From the IMG/VR virus record IMGVR_UViG_3300027805_000002: DNA of 60,176 nucleotides; one strand, given 5' to 3'. This DNA is from a virus. Within the stretch, counting starts at the first letter, position 1. Every line of letters begins with the position of its first letter. The position numbers and the translations under genes were made by a program. The notes below the pieces were generated by a model. The model searched no databases and had not been told where the DNA came from. It worked only from the letters and a program-made list of their open reading frames with translations. Of this stretch, positions 25,485 to 34,600 are shown one piece after another.

Positions 25485-28400
25485 GTCGCAGCGACATCCC
25501 GAGCCCGACCGCCCCGAACTTCGATCAGCGCGTCAGGGAAACCCTACAGACCTACCTTGGTCGGCAGGGGAGCCCGCTAGACCGCGGCATCACGGTTCGC
25601 GATCTTCTGGACACAGGGGTCGCGAAGCTCAAGGACGGGTTCACTCTGGGCTCAGGATCGTCGATACCGCTTGAGGGCACATCGACCACGACCATCGTCA
25701 ACAACGGGGGCGGCGGGCCAGCAGAGGAGCCAGACCTCACGCCGCCGCCTACGCCAAGCGGATTTGCAGCCACGGGCGGCGTGAATGTGGTCTTCATTAC
25801 GCATGACGGCCCAAACTACACGCAGGGGCACGGTCATCTGCGCACGCGCTTGTACGGCGCCATCTACACCGGCGGCGCGCTGCCCACATTCAACAACGCC
25901 GCTGAGATAGCCCAGTTCACGGGCAGCGTCTACTCCCACCCATCAAACCCAAGCACTACGTGGCATCTGTGGGCCAAGTGGGAGACCAGTGACGGCGTGC
26001 TGAGCGTCTCACCCGCCGGTGGGACCAATGGCGTGGTGGTGACCACAGCTGTTGATGTCTCGCTTCTCCTAGATGCCCTGACCGGAGAGATCACCGAGTC
26101 CCAGCTGTTCTCCGCGCTTGGGGCCCGCATCGACCTAATTGATGCCCCGACCACCGGCTTGGTGACCAAGGTCACTAACCTTGAAACAGCTGTTGGCAGC
26201 ACTGTGAGCGCAGCGCAGAGCGCAGCCGCCGCAGCCGCATCCGCATCCGCAGCAGCCGCATCGGAGGCCGCGGCCATTCTTGCGGAGTCTGGAGCCGAAA
26301 CGGCGTCCGCATCTGCCGCCCTATCAGCTTCTGATGCCGCCGCTGCTGAGGCCGCTGCAATCCTCGCGCAGTCCGGAGCGCAGACGGCGTCGGCCAGCGC
26401 ATCGCAGGCGTCATCTGATGCGGTTGCTGCGAAGGTTGCGGCGCTTGCCGCTCAATCTGGTGCAGAGACCGCCGAAGATAACGCGGTCATCGCAAGGACC
26501 AGCGCTGAAACGGCGGCATCCAGCGCCTCAACTTCTGCCACCAGCGCATCCAACTCAGCCACCGGCGCTGCTGGGTCGGCATCTTCTGCGTCCACCTCTG
26601 CCACCAACGCGGCTACAAGCGCCACAACCGCCGGCAACTCAGCGAGCGCAGCTTCTACGTCGGCATCGAGCGCGGCGACATACGCCACTAACGCCGAAAC
26701 CGCGTCTACAGCAGCCCAAAGTGCGAAGGTATCGGCAGAGTCGGCCAGAGATAACGCAGCAGGTAGCGCAACTGCCGCCGCCACATCCGCAAGCACAGCG
26801 ACGACGAAGGCTACTGAGGCTTCACAGAGCGCTACCTCTGCCGCCACTTCCGCCACCACCGCAACAACCAAGGCGTCTGAGGCGTCAACATCCGCTAGCC
26901 AAGCGTCAACTTCAGCCACCGATGCCTCCGGCTCCGCAAGTTCGGCGTCAACGTCGGCGACGAATGCTGCCAACTCCGCCAACGCGGCGGGCACGAGCGC
27001 CTCCAATGCTTCGACGTCGGCAACGAATGCGGCGAACAGCGCAACCAATGCAGCCGGGTCGGCCTCCACAGCCACAACACAGGCGACTAATGCCGCTAAC
27101 TCAGCCACATCGGCGAGCAACAGCGCTTCGGCGGCATCGACATCTGCAAGCAGTGCTGCCACATCCGCAACCAATGCCGGCAACTCGGCAACCGCGGCGG
27201 AGTCTTCCAACTTGGCCGCTGCCTCCTCTTATGGGCAAGCAATCCGGCTGAACTCGAACTATGACTTCGGTCTCGGCAAGACCGGCTGGAGTACGGCCAC
27301 CGCAGACAGCACGTATTCCGAGATCGGTGGCCTTATCCAGACGGGCGGCGTAACTGCGAACTCGAAGCTGCGCATCGCTGGAGAGGCGGCTGGTTACTGG
27401 AATAGAAGAATCCCGATTCAGACCAACAGGGTCTACCGGATCCGATTCAGGGTCAGGTCCATCGGCACTACCAACTCCAAGGTGTACGCCGGGGTCGCGA
27501 CCTTTGACGCAGATGGAGTGCTTCAGACCGCCGCGCCGGGCACGCATCGTTATTGCGCCGCCAGCGGGGTTGATGTGCCTAGCGACGGCACATGGAAGGT
27601 CTACACGGGGACGATCACCGGGGAAGCCGCATCCGCAACAGCGTTCCGCACTGGGTCCGCTTTCGCGTCCCCGATGTTCATCGTCAACTACCAACAAGGT
27701 AGCGGCTTCATCTGCGAGGTGGATGAATGCTCGATGGAGGACATCACCGAGTCCACCAGTGCTGCAAGCTCGGCCAGCGCTGCCGCAACATCCGCAAGCA
27801 CCGCGACAACCAAGGCCTCAGAGGCGGCGTCCTCGGCAAGCTCTGCCAACACTTCGGCGACCAACGCAGCTACAAACGCATCGAATGCCGCTACCAGCGC
27901 CTCGCAGGCGTCAACTAGCGAAACTAATGCAGCTGGTTCGGCAAGCTCGGCGTCGACCTCCGCCACCAATGCAGCCAACTCAGCCAACGCTGCCGGGACT
28001 AGTGCATCGAATGCATCGACCTCGGCGTCTCAGGCAGCCACAAGCGCCACAAACGCAGCGGGCTCAGCAAGCGCCGCCTCGACCTCGGCCACTAACGCCG
28101 CTAATAGTGAAACAGCAGCCGGCGGGAGCGCCACCGCCGCATCCAACAGCGCATCGGGCGCGAGCACATCAGCGACCAACGCCGGGAATTCCGCGACGGC
28201 TGCCAACTCCGCAAAAGTGGCGGCAGAGTCGGCAAGGGATGCTGCGTCCGGCAGCGCCACCTCCGCAGCTGGGTCGGCCAGCACCGCCACCACCAAGGCC
28301 TCAGAGGCTTCAACCTCAGCAAGCGCAGCCAACACGTCCGCGACCAACGCGGCCACAAGCGCCTCTAGCGCTGGGACATCAGCGACCAACGCATCCACCT

Positions 28401-30334
28401 CTGAGACAAACGCCGCGGGCTCTGCGTCTAGCGCAAGCACCTCTGCTACCAATGCGGCCAACTCTGCGACCAGCGCCGGCAATAGCGCCACGGCGGCATC
28501 TGGCAGCGCCTCGACTGCCTCGACTCAGGCCACGAACGCCTCGAACTCAGCAACTGCGGCCAACACCGCCAAAGTTGCCGCCGAGTCTGCGCGCGACAGC
28601 GCCGCGGGGAGCGCTACCGCTGCGTCTACAAGCGCGTCCAATGCGTCTACAAGCGCAAGCAATGCCGCCACTTCTGCATCTGCCGCCAACACTTCAGCAA
28701 CGAACGCGGCGACGAGTGAATCTAACGCGCTGACCTACAGGAACGATGCGTCGACTAGCGCATCCACCGCAACAACAAAGGCCAGCGAGGCGTCAACCAG
28801 CGCGGGCGCGGCGGCTACCTCCGCAACAAACGCCAACAACTCGGCGAGCGCCGCCTCAGGGTCTGCCAATACGGCATCGACAAAAGCCACCGAGGCGTCC
28901 CAGAGCGCGTCCTCCGCCAACACCTCCGCCAACAGCGCCTCGACATCAGCTAGCAATGCGCTGACCTACAGCAACAACGCCGCGACGTCGGCGTCGAACG
29001 CGGATGGGTCGGCCACCTCTGCGGCCACATCCCTGAATCAGGTCAGAGCAACCGCGACCGGGTTTGACTCGGCAATCGCGTGGAACTTCGACACCACGGT
29101 TGACGGTTGGACCAACAACTCGCAGGGCACGTTCACTTGGCAGTCAGGCGGCTTCGTCCGCATCGACGCCACCGGGGCCACGCCATACATTCGCAGCCCT
29201 GCCGGGCTAGCTATAGACGGATCAAAGAACACTTTGATCCGGGCTCGGGTCAGAAGAGTCGCGGGCTCGGGTTGGACAGGGCGGGCGTACTACACGACCT
29301 CAGGCCACGGCGAGACCACTGGCTTTTACAAGAGCATCCCTGACACGACGGTCACAAACGAGTGGCGCGTTTTGGAATGGGACATGGCCAACCTCACTGC
29401 CGGGGCGGCCGACTGGACATCGAGCACGATCACCAGAATACGACTTGACCTTGGTTTGACGACGGACGACTTCGACGTCGACTGGGTCACTGTGGGGCGC
29501 ATCGCCCCCATCGCCTACAGCGCGGCCATCGAGCAAGAGGCCACCGCAAGAGTCAACTCTGACAACAGCCTCTTCGCCCAGTACACCGTCAAGATCGACG
29601 CCAACGGCTATGTGTCTGGCTTTGGCCTCGCCAGCACCGCCATCAACGCCACCCCGACCAGCGAGTTCGCGGTACGGGCGGACAGGTTCTACATCGCCAA
29701 CCCGGCGGGAGCAGGCGTTGCCCCGGCCATGCCGTTCATCGTCCGCACGACGTCCACCACGATCAACGGCGTCAACGTCCCGGTGGGTGTGTACATCACC
29801 GACGGCTTCATCCAGAACGGCACGATCACCAACGCCCAGATAGCTGATGCAACGATCACCAACGCCAAGATAACCGACGTCACGATCACGGGCGGCAAGA
29901 TTGCCAACGCGACGCTGACCTCAGCCAAGTTCGCCGACACGGTGCAGTCCGACAACTACTCGGCAGGCAGCGCGGGCTGGATGATCAGCCGCAACACAGG
30001 CGCGGCGGAGTTTGGTTCGGCAACGATACGCGGCACCATCAACGGCGGCTCCTATACAGGGTATGCGTGGCCGGCGTCGGGAGGGACTGGATTCCACTTG
30101 GGGCCGAGCGGCCTGTTACTAGGCAACGCCAACGACGGCAAGTACTTTCAGGTTACCTCTGGCGGCGACCTGTACGCCCCACAGTTCAACATCGTCAACG
30201 GAGCGGCGTCCTTCAGCGGTGCGCTGAACGTGAAGAGCGCAGCGACTGGTTCGCGCGTCGAGATCAGCAATGCCGTCATCAAGATCTACGAGGGCGCGAC
30301 GCTGCGTGTGCAGCTTGGTAATTTGGCCGCGTAA
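25481..30334 (+). CDS. large tail fibre / host-specificity protein (1617 aa) with a J-like C-terminal region
   Basis: The C-terminal pattern AQYTVKIDANGYVSGFGLAS...EFAVRADRFYIANP resembles tip-attachment (J / DUF1983-type) proteins. Two Ser/Ala/Thr/Asn repeat blocks are present. Confidence 0.65.
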   Translation: MSRSDIPSPTAPNFDQRVRETLQTYLGRQGSPLDRGITVRDLLDTGVAKLKDGFTLGSGSSIPLEGTSTTTIVNNGGGGPAEEPDLTPPPTPSGFAATGGVNVVFITHDGPNYTQGHGHLRTRLYGAIYTGGALPTFNNAAEIAQFTGSVYSHPSNPSTTWHLWAKWETSDGVLSVSPAGGTNGVVVTTAVDVSLLLDALTGEITESQLFSALGARIDLIDAPTTGLVTKVTNLETAVGSTVSAAQSAAAAAASASAAAASEAAAILAESGAETASASAALSASDAAAAEAAAILAQSGAQTASASASQASSDAVAAKVAALAAQSGAETAEDNAVIARTSAETAASSASTSATSASNSATGAAGSASSASTSATNAATSATTAGNSASAASTSASSAATYATNAETASTAAQSAKVSAESARDNAAGSATAAATSASTATTKATEASQSATSAATSATTATTKASEASTSASQASTSATDASGSASSASTSATNAANSANAAGTSASNASTSATNAANSATNAAGSASTATTQATNAANSATSASNSASAASTSASSAATSATNAGNSATAAESSNLAAASSYGQAIRLNSNYDFGLGKTGWSTATADSTYSEIGGLIQTGGVTANSKLRIAGEAAGYWNRRIPIQTNRVYRIRFRVRSIGTTNSKVYAGVATFDADGVLQTAAPGTHRYCAASGVDVPSDGTWKVYTGTITGEAASATAFRTGSAFASPMFIVNYQQGSGFICEVDECSMEDITESTSAASSASAAATSASTATTKASEAASSASSANTSATNAATNASNAATSASQASTSETNAAGSASSASTSATNAANSANAAGTSASNASTSASQAATSATNAAGSASAASTSATNAANSETAAGGSATAASNSASGASTSATNAGNSATAANSAKVAAESARDAASGSATSAAGSASTATTKASEASTSASAANTSATNAATSASSAGTSATNASTSETNAAGSASSASTSATNAANSATSAGNSATAASGSASTASTQATNASNSATAANTAKVAAESARDSAAGSATAASTSASNASTSASNAATSASAANTSATNAATSESNALTYRNDASTSASTATTKASEASTSAGAAATSATNANNSASAASGSANTASTKATEASQSASSANTSANSASTSASNALTYSNNAATSASNADGSATSAATSLNQVRATATGFDSAIAWNFDTTVDGWTNNSQGTFTWQSGGFVRIDATGATPYIRSPAGLAIDGSKNTLIRARVRRVAGSGWTGRAYYTTSGHGETTGFYKSIPDTTVTNEWRVLEWDMANLTAGAADWTSSTITRIRLDLGLTTDDFDVDWVTVGRIAPIAYSAAIEQEATARVNSDNSLFAQYTVKIDANGYVSGFGLASTAINATPTSEFAVRADRFYIANPAGAGVAPAMPFIVRTTSTTINGVNVPVGVYITDGFIQNGTITNAQIADATITNAKITDVTITGGKIANATLTSAKFADTVQSDNYSAGSAGWMISRNTGAAEFGSATIRGTINGGSYTGYAWPASGGTGFHLGPSGLLLGNANDGKYFQVTSGGDLYAPQFNIVNGAASFSGALNVKSAATGSRVEISNAVIKIYEGATLRVQLGNLAA
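26205..27235 (+). repeat. Low-complexity S/A/T/N coding block 1 (ASTSATNAANSA-type)
   Basis: Direct reading of the translation. Confidence 0.8.
27750..29040 (+). repeat. Low-complexity S/A/T/N coding block 2
   Basis: Direct reading. Long stretches are near-duplicates of block 1. Confidence 0.8.
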
Positions 30335-30343
30335 GGAATTGAA

Positions 30344-30658
30344 GTGGCCTACGGTCTAAGAATATGGGATGCCAGCGGCAACTTAACGCTGGACACGACA
30401 GACCGGATAACTCGGTTTGTCACCCGTATTACGCCGGGTACTATTGCGCCTCTAACTACAGTTAATTACAGCGTCCCGGGTATTGCTGACGATGGCACTT
30501 GGTTTTTGGTGGTAAATACATGGAAGCCGTCGAGCTCGGCCTATTACTCTGATATTTATATGACAATCACATCCGATTTTATAAATGTCCGTAATATAAA
30601 CACCACTACCAATTGGACAAACGGGCTAGGCACTTACATAGAAGTATTTAGGGGTTAA
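30344..30658 (+). CDS. hypothetical protein (low-GC islet, paralogous N-terminus)
   Basis: GTG start after an AAGGA SD. The N-terminus MAYGLRIWDASGNLTLD resembles that of the next gene. Confidence 0.5.
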   Translation: MAYGLRIWDASGNLTLDTTDRITRFVTRITPGTIAPLTTVNYSVPGIADDGTWFLVVNTWKPSSSAYYSDIYMTITSDFINVRNINTTTNWTNGLGTYIEVFRG

Positions 30659-30659
30659 T

Positions 30660-31277
30660 ATGCCTTACGGTATTAACATATATAACGCCGCCAACAACAT
30701 TATTATTAGTCAAGACTTTAGCAACTATCATGTGGTTTCAAGTGGCACAATTGCAAACGGTGGGTCGTGGCCAACAGTGCCCAGCACCGACGTTATCTTT
30801 ATTAGAGCAAACACACCCGGAGCAATTATTAGTAACGATGGATCATTTGCTACTGTTTCTTCTGGCCTAATAGAATATGTTATTGTGCGCAGAAGCCCAA
30901 GTCCTTCTAGCTCAAGCTTCGGGTTAAGAGTCTATCAAAGTGATGGAATCTCCATCGCATTTGATAGCGGAGTAGCAGCGGCAAAAATTGTTTCTAGTCT
31001 CACAAGGCTTGGGCAGTCCAACGGGCTTTACACGAGTTATAGTACCATAATAAACCAACCATTTGCGGTTCCAGCCGGCAGAAAGCGATATATGACTGGC
31101 CAAGTTTTTATGGATTGGTCGCATATCTATATTCTCAATTTTATCCCCGGCATTGGGACTGATAAGCTCACTTGGACATCTGACATGCAGCAGACTGTTG
31201 GAACGGGATTCACTGGCGGCTTCGGCAATAAGTATGATTTATTTAGCACCAAAATATTTTTAACAATAGACATATAG
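30660..31277 (+). CDS. hypothetical protein (low-GC islet, paralogous N-terminus)
   Basis: The N-terminus is MPYGINIYNAANNIIISQD. Codon usage is visibly AT-rich. Confidence 0.5.
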   Translation: MPYGINIYNAANNIIISQDFSNYHVVSSGTIANGGSWPTVPSTDVIFIRANTPGAIISNDGSFATVSSGLIEYVIVRRSPSPSSSSFGLRVYQSDGISIAFDSGVAAAKIVSSLTRLGQSNGLYTSYSTIINQPFAVPAGRKRYMTGQVFMDWSHIYILNFIPGIGTDKLTWTSDMQQTVGTGFTGGFGNKYDLFSTKIFLTIDI

Positions 31278-31287
31278 AGGCCCACAA

Positions 31288-31890
31288 ATGATGAGTGTGT
31301 TCGTATACCTAGACCAAAATCAAACACCAACCGGCGTGCAGCGGTTTGAAACCATGCCGGGCGTGGACATAACTGTCCCGCCCGGAGCTTTGTATGTCGA
31401 GGACGCCTCCGTGTTGCCAAGCGACATGGAGATCATCGACCGCTGGCGGATGAAGGCGGGCGCCCTCTCGGACGTCGGGCCCGGCCCCAGCAAAGACTAC
31501 CGCTGGGATGTGACCTTAGAGCAGTGGGTGCCGGATGTGGCTCGGGCCAAAGCAGGCAAGCTCAAGGAAATCCGCGAAGCACGCGACCGTCTTGAGTACG
31601 GCGACTTTGTCTGGGATGGCTCCACGTTTGACTCCGACCCCCAAGCGCAACTGCGTATTCAAGGGGCCGTTCAACTGTCGACCATGTCCGCTGCCGTAGG
31701 CCAGCCCTTCTCCATCGACTGGACACTGGCCGACAACACGGTGCGCACCCTGTCCGGGGCCGACACGATTGCCGTGGGCATGACGCTGGCTGGGCATGTG
31801 CAGACGGTCCACGCCATCGCCCGGACCCTGCGCCTTCAGATCGAGGCGGCAACGACGCTGGCCGAGGTCGAGGCGGTGGTTTGGCCTTGA
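31288..31890 (+). CDS. DUF4376-like tail fibre-associated protein
   Basis: The segment KAGKLKEIREARDRLEYGDFVWDGSTFDSDPQAQLRIQGA...IEAATTLAEVEAV matches the DUF4376 pattern. Confidence 0.5.
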   Translation: MMSVFVYLDQNQTPTGVQRFETMPGVDITVPPGALYVEDASVLPSDMEIIDRWRMKAGALSDVGPGPSKDYRWDVTLEQWVPDVARAKAGKLKEIREARDRLEYGDFVWDGSTFDSDPQAQLRIQGAVQLSTMSAAVGQPFSIDWTLADNTVRTLSGADTIAVGMTLAGHVQTVHAIARTLRLQIEAATTLAEVEAVVWP

Positions 31891-31918
31891 TTACACAGCT
31901 GTGCCCGTACGCAATACC
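31891..31918 (+). promoter_or_regulatory. Candidate promoter TTACAC-N16-AATACC with the -35-like box overlapping ACAGCTGT
   Basis: The sequence is ttacACAGCTGTgcccgtacGCAATACCt, about 50 nt upstream of the GNAT gene. Confidence 0.35.
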
Positions 31919-31966
31919 TAGGCGGATCAGTACAATTCCTAGAGTGATACGCCATGAATCACAACT

Positions 31967-32395
31967 GTGAAACAGATTGTCGTCGACACGGAGCGAGTTC
32001 TAGGCTTCGTGCAGGAGCGCTGCTTCGTGCCTGCGGCCCAAAACATGATTGGGATTGGGCTTCAGGAAGACGGCGAGCTTTTGGCCGGCGTCCTGTACGA
32101 CGGCTTCAATGGGCAGAACGTCTGGATGCACGTCGCAGCCGCGTCTGGTCGCCACTGGCTAAACAGAGCCTTCCTCTGGTACTGCTTTGAGTACCCCTTC
32201 AACATCATGAAGGTCAAACGCATCAGCGGTTGGGTAGAGGCAGACAACGTAGAGGCTCGTCGCTTCGACGAACACCTCGGATTCACACACGAGACAACTC
32301 TTCGCGGCGCCGGCAAGAACGGCGTGGACGTACTGATCTACGTCATGTGGAGAGACCAGTGCCGATTCGTCGGCTCCGAGGAGTCCCATGGGTAA
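31967..32395 (+). CDS. GNAT-family N-acetyltransferase
   Basis: The C-terminal pattern ISGWVEADNVEARRFDEHLGFTHETTLRGAGKNGVDVLIYVM is typical of the GNAT fold. The start is GTG. Confidence 0.6.
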   Translation: MKQIVVDTERVLGFVQERCFVPAAQNMIGIGLQEDGELLAGVLYDGFNGQNVWMHVAAASGRHWLNRAFLWYCFEYPFNIMKVKRISGWVEADNVEARRFDEHLGFTHETTLRGAGKNGVDVLIYVMWRDQCRFVGSEESHG

Positions 32396-33446
32396 GAAAA
32401 GCACCAACATTCCGCCGCCCGATCCGCGCATGATCGCGGCCTTCGAGCGGCAGGTCGGCATCGGCGAGAACATCTTTGCCTTCGCTCAGCAGGCGTACGC
32501 CGACAACCAGTCGCGCCTCGACAAGAACGACGCTCTCAACGAGCGGGTGATCAACCAGAACTTGGACCTGTCGGCCAAGGCTGGACAGCGCGCTGACGAC
32601 GCCTACAACTACTACACCACCACTGGGCGCCCGGTTGTCACTCAGGCCCTGAACGACGCCAAGAACTACGACAGCGCTGAAGAGATCACCAAGGCGCGGG
32701 ATCGGGCTCAGGCCTCCTTCCAGCAGTCTGCCGACAACGCAGAGCGCCAGAACGTGCGCATGCTGACCCGCATGGGCGTCAACCCCAACAGCGGCAGGTT
32801 CGCTGCTCTGAACAACCAGATGCAGCTTCAGAAGGCGGCTGGGCTTGCAGGCGCGGTGAACTCGGCGGAAGAAGGCCGTAGGTCCGGGGCGATCGCGATG
32901 CGGCAGCAGGCCTCAAACCTCGCTCAAGGTATGCCAGCAACCTCGATGGGGTTTGCTGGCCAGAGCGCCGGCTTCGGCACGGGGGCAGCAGGCGTTGGCG
33001 CTCAAGGCCTCAGCGGGGCTCTGTCGGTGCAGAACGCTGCCGTGGGCGGCATGGGGGCCGGCGGGAACATGGTTGGCTCTGGTGGCCAAGGCTTCAACAG
33101 CGTATACGGCAACCAGCTGCAAGGCGCCAGCATCGCCGCAAACCAAGCCAGCTCGAATGCCGCTGGATGGGGACAACTGGCAGGTATCGGCCTATCAATG
33201 CTCAAGGCTGGCGGCACTGTGGGTGTAGATGGCCGCGTGTCGAGTAACCAGATGGGGCAGGGCGGTCTGCTAAAGGGCCCCGGCACCGGGACCTCTGACT
33301 CGATCGACGCCATCAACCAGAGCACGGGTGAGCCGGTGAAGCTCAGTAACGGCGAGTACATCATCCCCAAGCGGGTTGTCGACCAGAAGGGCCGCGAGTT
33401 CTTCGACCGAATGATCAGCAAGTACAGCAACCTCGGGAGGGCGTGA
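32388..33446 (+). CDS. putative internal virion / ejection protein
   Basis: AGGAG SD. The protein is Q/A/N-rich and helical with a Gly-rich centre, and lies upstream of the giant ORF. Confidence 0.45.
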   Translation: MGKKSTNIPPPDPRMIAAFERQVGIGENIFAFAQQAYADNQSRLDKNDALNERVINQNLDLSAKAGQRADDAYNYYTTTGRPVVTQALNDAKNYDSAEEITKARDRAQASFQQSADNAERQNVRMLTRMGVNPNSGRFAALNNQMQLQKAAGLAGAVNSAEEGRRSGAIAMRQQASNLAQGMPATSMGFAGQSAGFGTGAAGVGAQGLSGALSVQNAAVGGMGAGGNMVGSGGQGFNSVYGNQLQGASIAANQASSNAAGWGQLAGIGLSMLKAGGTVGVDGRVSSNQMGQGGLLKGPGTGTSDSIDAINQSTGEPVKLSNGEYIIPKRVVDQKGREFFDRMISKYSNLGRA

Positions 33447-34600
33447 TGGCAAACCTTGGCGGATTCGCGGGTGGCCTCGCCTCGGGCTACATGGCCGGCG
33501 AGCGGATGAAGCTCTCAAAACAGGAAGACAAGCGGGCCGATGAGATGGCCCAGATGCGCAGGACTGAGTTTGAGTTCCAGCAGACCGAGCGGGCCAGAGA
33601 GCGCGCCATCAAGGACGAGCAGGCGGCGATCTTCAAGAAATGGCAGGACGGCTGGGAAGAGGACGAGCCGTTCCAGACCACCAACGACGCCGGTGAGGTG
33701 GTTCAGGGTGTCCGCAAGAAGATGGTCAAGCCTGACCTGAATGACCCAATGGCTCTAGCCCGTATGCAGGTCGAGATCGGCACTGCCCGCGCCCGTCAGA
33801 CCGGAGATCCGGCAAAGATGGCCGAGGCCTACAAGTACTTGCAATCGGTCAAGGCAAACGAGGCCGGCAACGCTGTCTTCAACTACCTCACCCGCGACTC
33901 CTCGGAGCCTTCTCGCGTGAAGGCTGCAACCGCCCTTGGCATCTCGCCCGATGATTTCAAGGTCACGAAGGACAAAGACAACCAGCCCGTCGTCGAGACT
34001 GGGGGTAAGGTTGTGCCGCTGCGTCCGATGCTGGCTCTTGTGGCTGGTGGCAATGCTTACGAGGCGTACCTCGCCGACCAGAAGGCCGCTCAGGAAAGAC
34101 GATCCTCAGAGCTTGGCAATCTACAGAAGGAAGCCGCAATCCGCCAGACCGACGCCCAAACCAACCTCGCGATACCGGCTCAGGCGCGGCAGGCTGATGC
34201 GGGTGCTGCGGCCTCGCGGGCAAGGGCCGGCTACGAGGGCGAAGCCCGTAACTCCTTGACCGAGGATCGAAACCTAAGAGCGATCAGCGGTCAGGTGAAC
34301 AGCATATTCCCGCCCCTGAAGGTCAAGGACCCTGTCACCGGCACCGAGCAGGTCACCCCCAGCCCGGCTGCGAACTATGTCAACCAGATCGTGCTGGCCA
34401 ACCCGGGCAAGGAGCGGGCAGTCGCCCAGCAGGCCATCGCCGCAGCCCAGCAGGTTGAGCAGGAGGCGCGTCGCAGACTCACCGCGCTGCGGGCAAACCC
34501 AGAGACATACAAGCAGGTCCTCAAGAACGCCAAGACGGACGAGAACATCTTGAACGTCTACATGCAGGACGGCCTCAGCAAGCTAGGGAAGCCCAAGTAA
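33446..34600 (+). CDS. putative internal virion protein
   Basis: ATG after a GGGAGG SD. The protein is charged and helical. Its stop overlaps the giant ORF start (TAATG). Confidence 0.45.
   Translation: MANLGGFAGGLASGYMAGERMKLSKQEDKRADEMAQMRRTEFEFQQTERARERAIKDEQAAIFKKWQDGWEEDEPFQTTNDAGEVVQGVRKKMVKPDLNDPMALARMQVEIGTARARQTGDPAKMAEAYKYLQSVKANEAGNAVFNYLTRDSSEPSRVKAATALGISPDDFKVTKDKDNQPVVETGGKVVPLRPMLALVAGGNAYEAYLADQKAAQERRSSELGNLQKEAAIRQTDAQTNLAIPAQARQADAGAAASRARAGYEGEARNSLTEDRNLRAISGQVNSIFPPLKVKDPVTGTEQVTPSPAANYVNQIVLANPGKERAVAQQAIAAAQQVEQEARRRLTALRANPETYKQVLKNAKTDENILNVYMQDGLSKLGKPK

Noticed and set aside
26280-28964. Many long ORFs in other frames of the S/A/T/N block (e.g. 26280..27251 +, 26452..27210 -, 27504..28733 +, 28030..28491 -)
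   Set aside because: They are artefacts of GCN/ACN/TCN repeat DNA, giving Pro/Arg/Gln-rich or Ala/Leu/Val-only products that all lie inside the well-supported 25481..30334 gene.
20797-29040. Repeat arrays in the fibre genes as possible CRISPR arrays or DGR template/variable repeats
   Set aside because: The repeats are contiguous, in frame and degenerate, with no unique spacers. No cas genes, reverse transcriptase or adenine-specific mismatch pattern between a repeat pair was seen.
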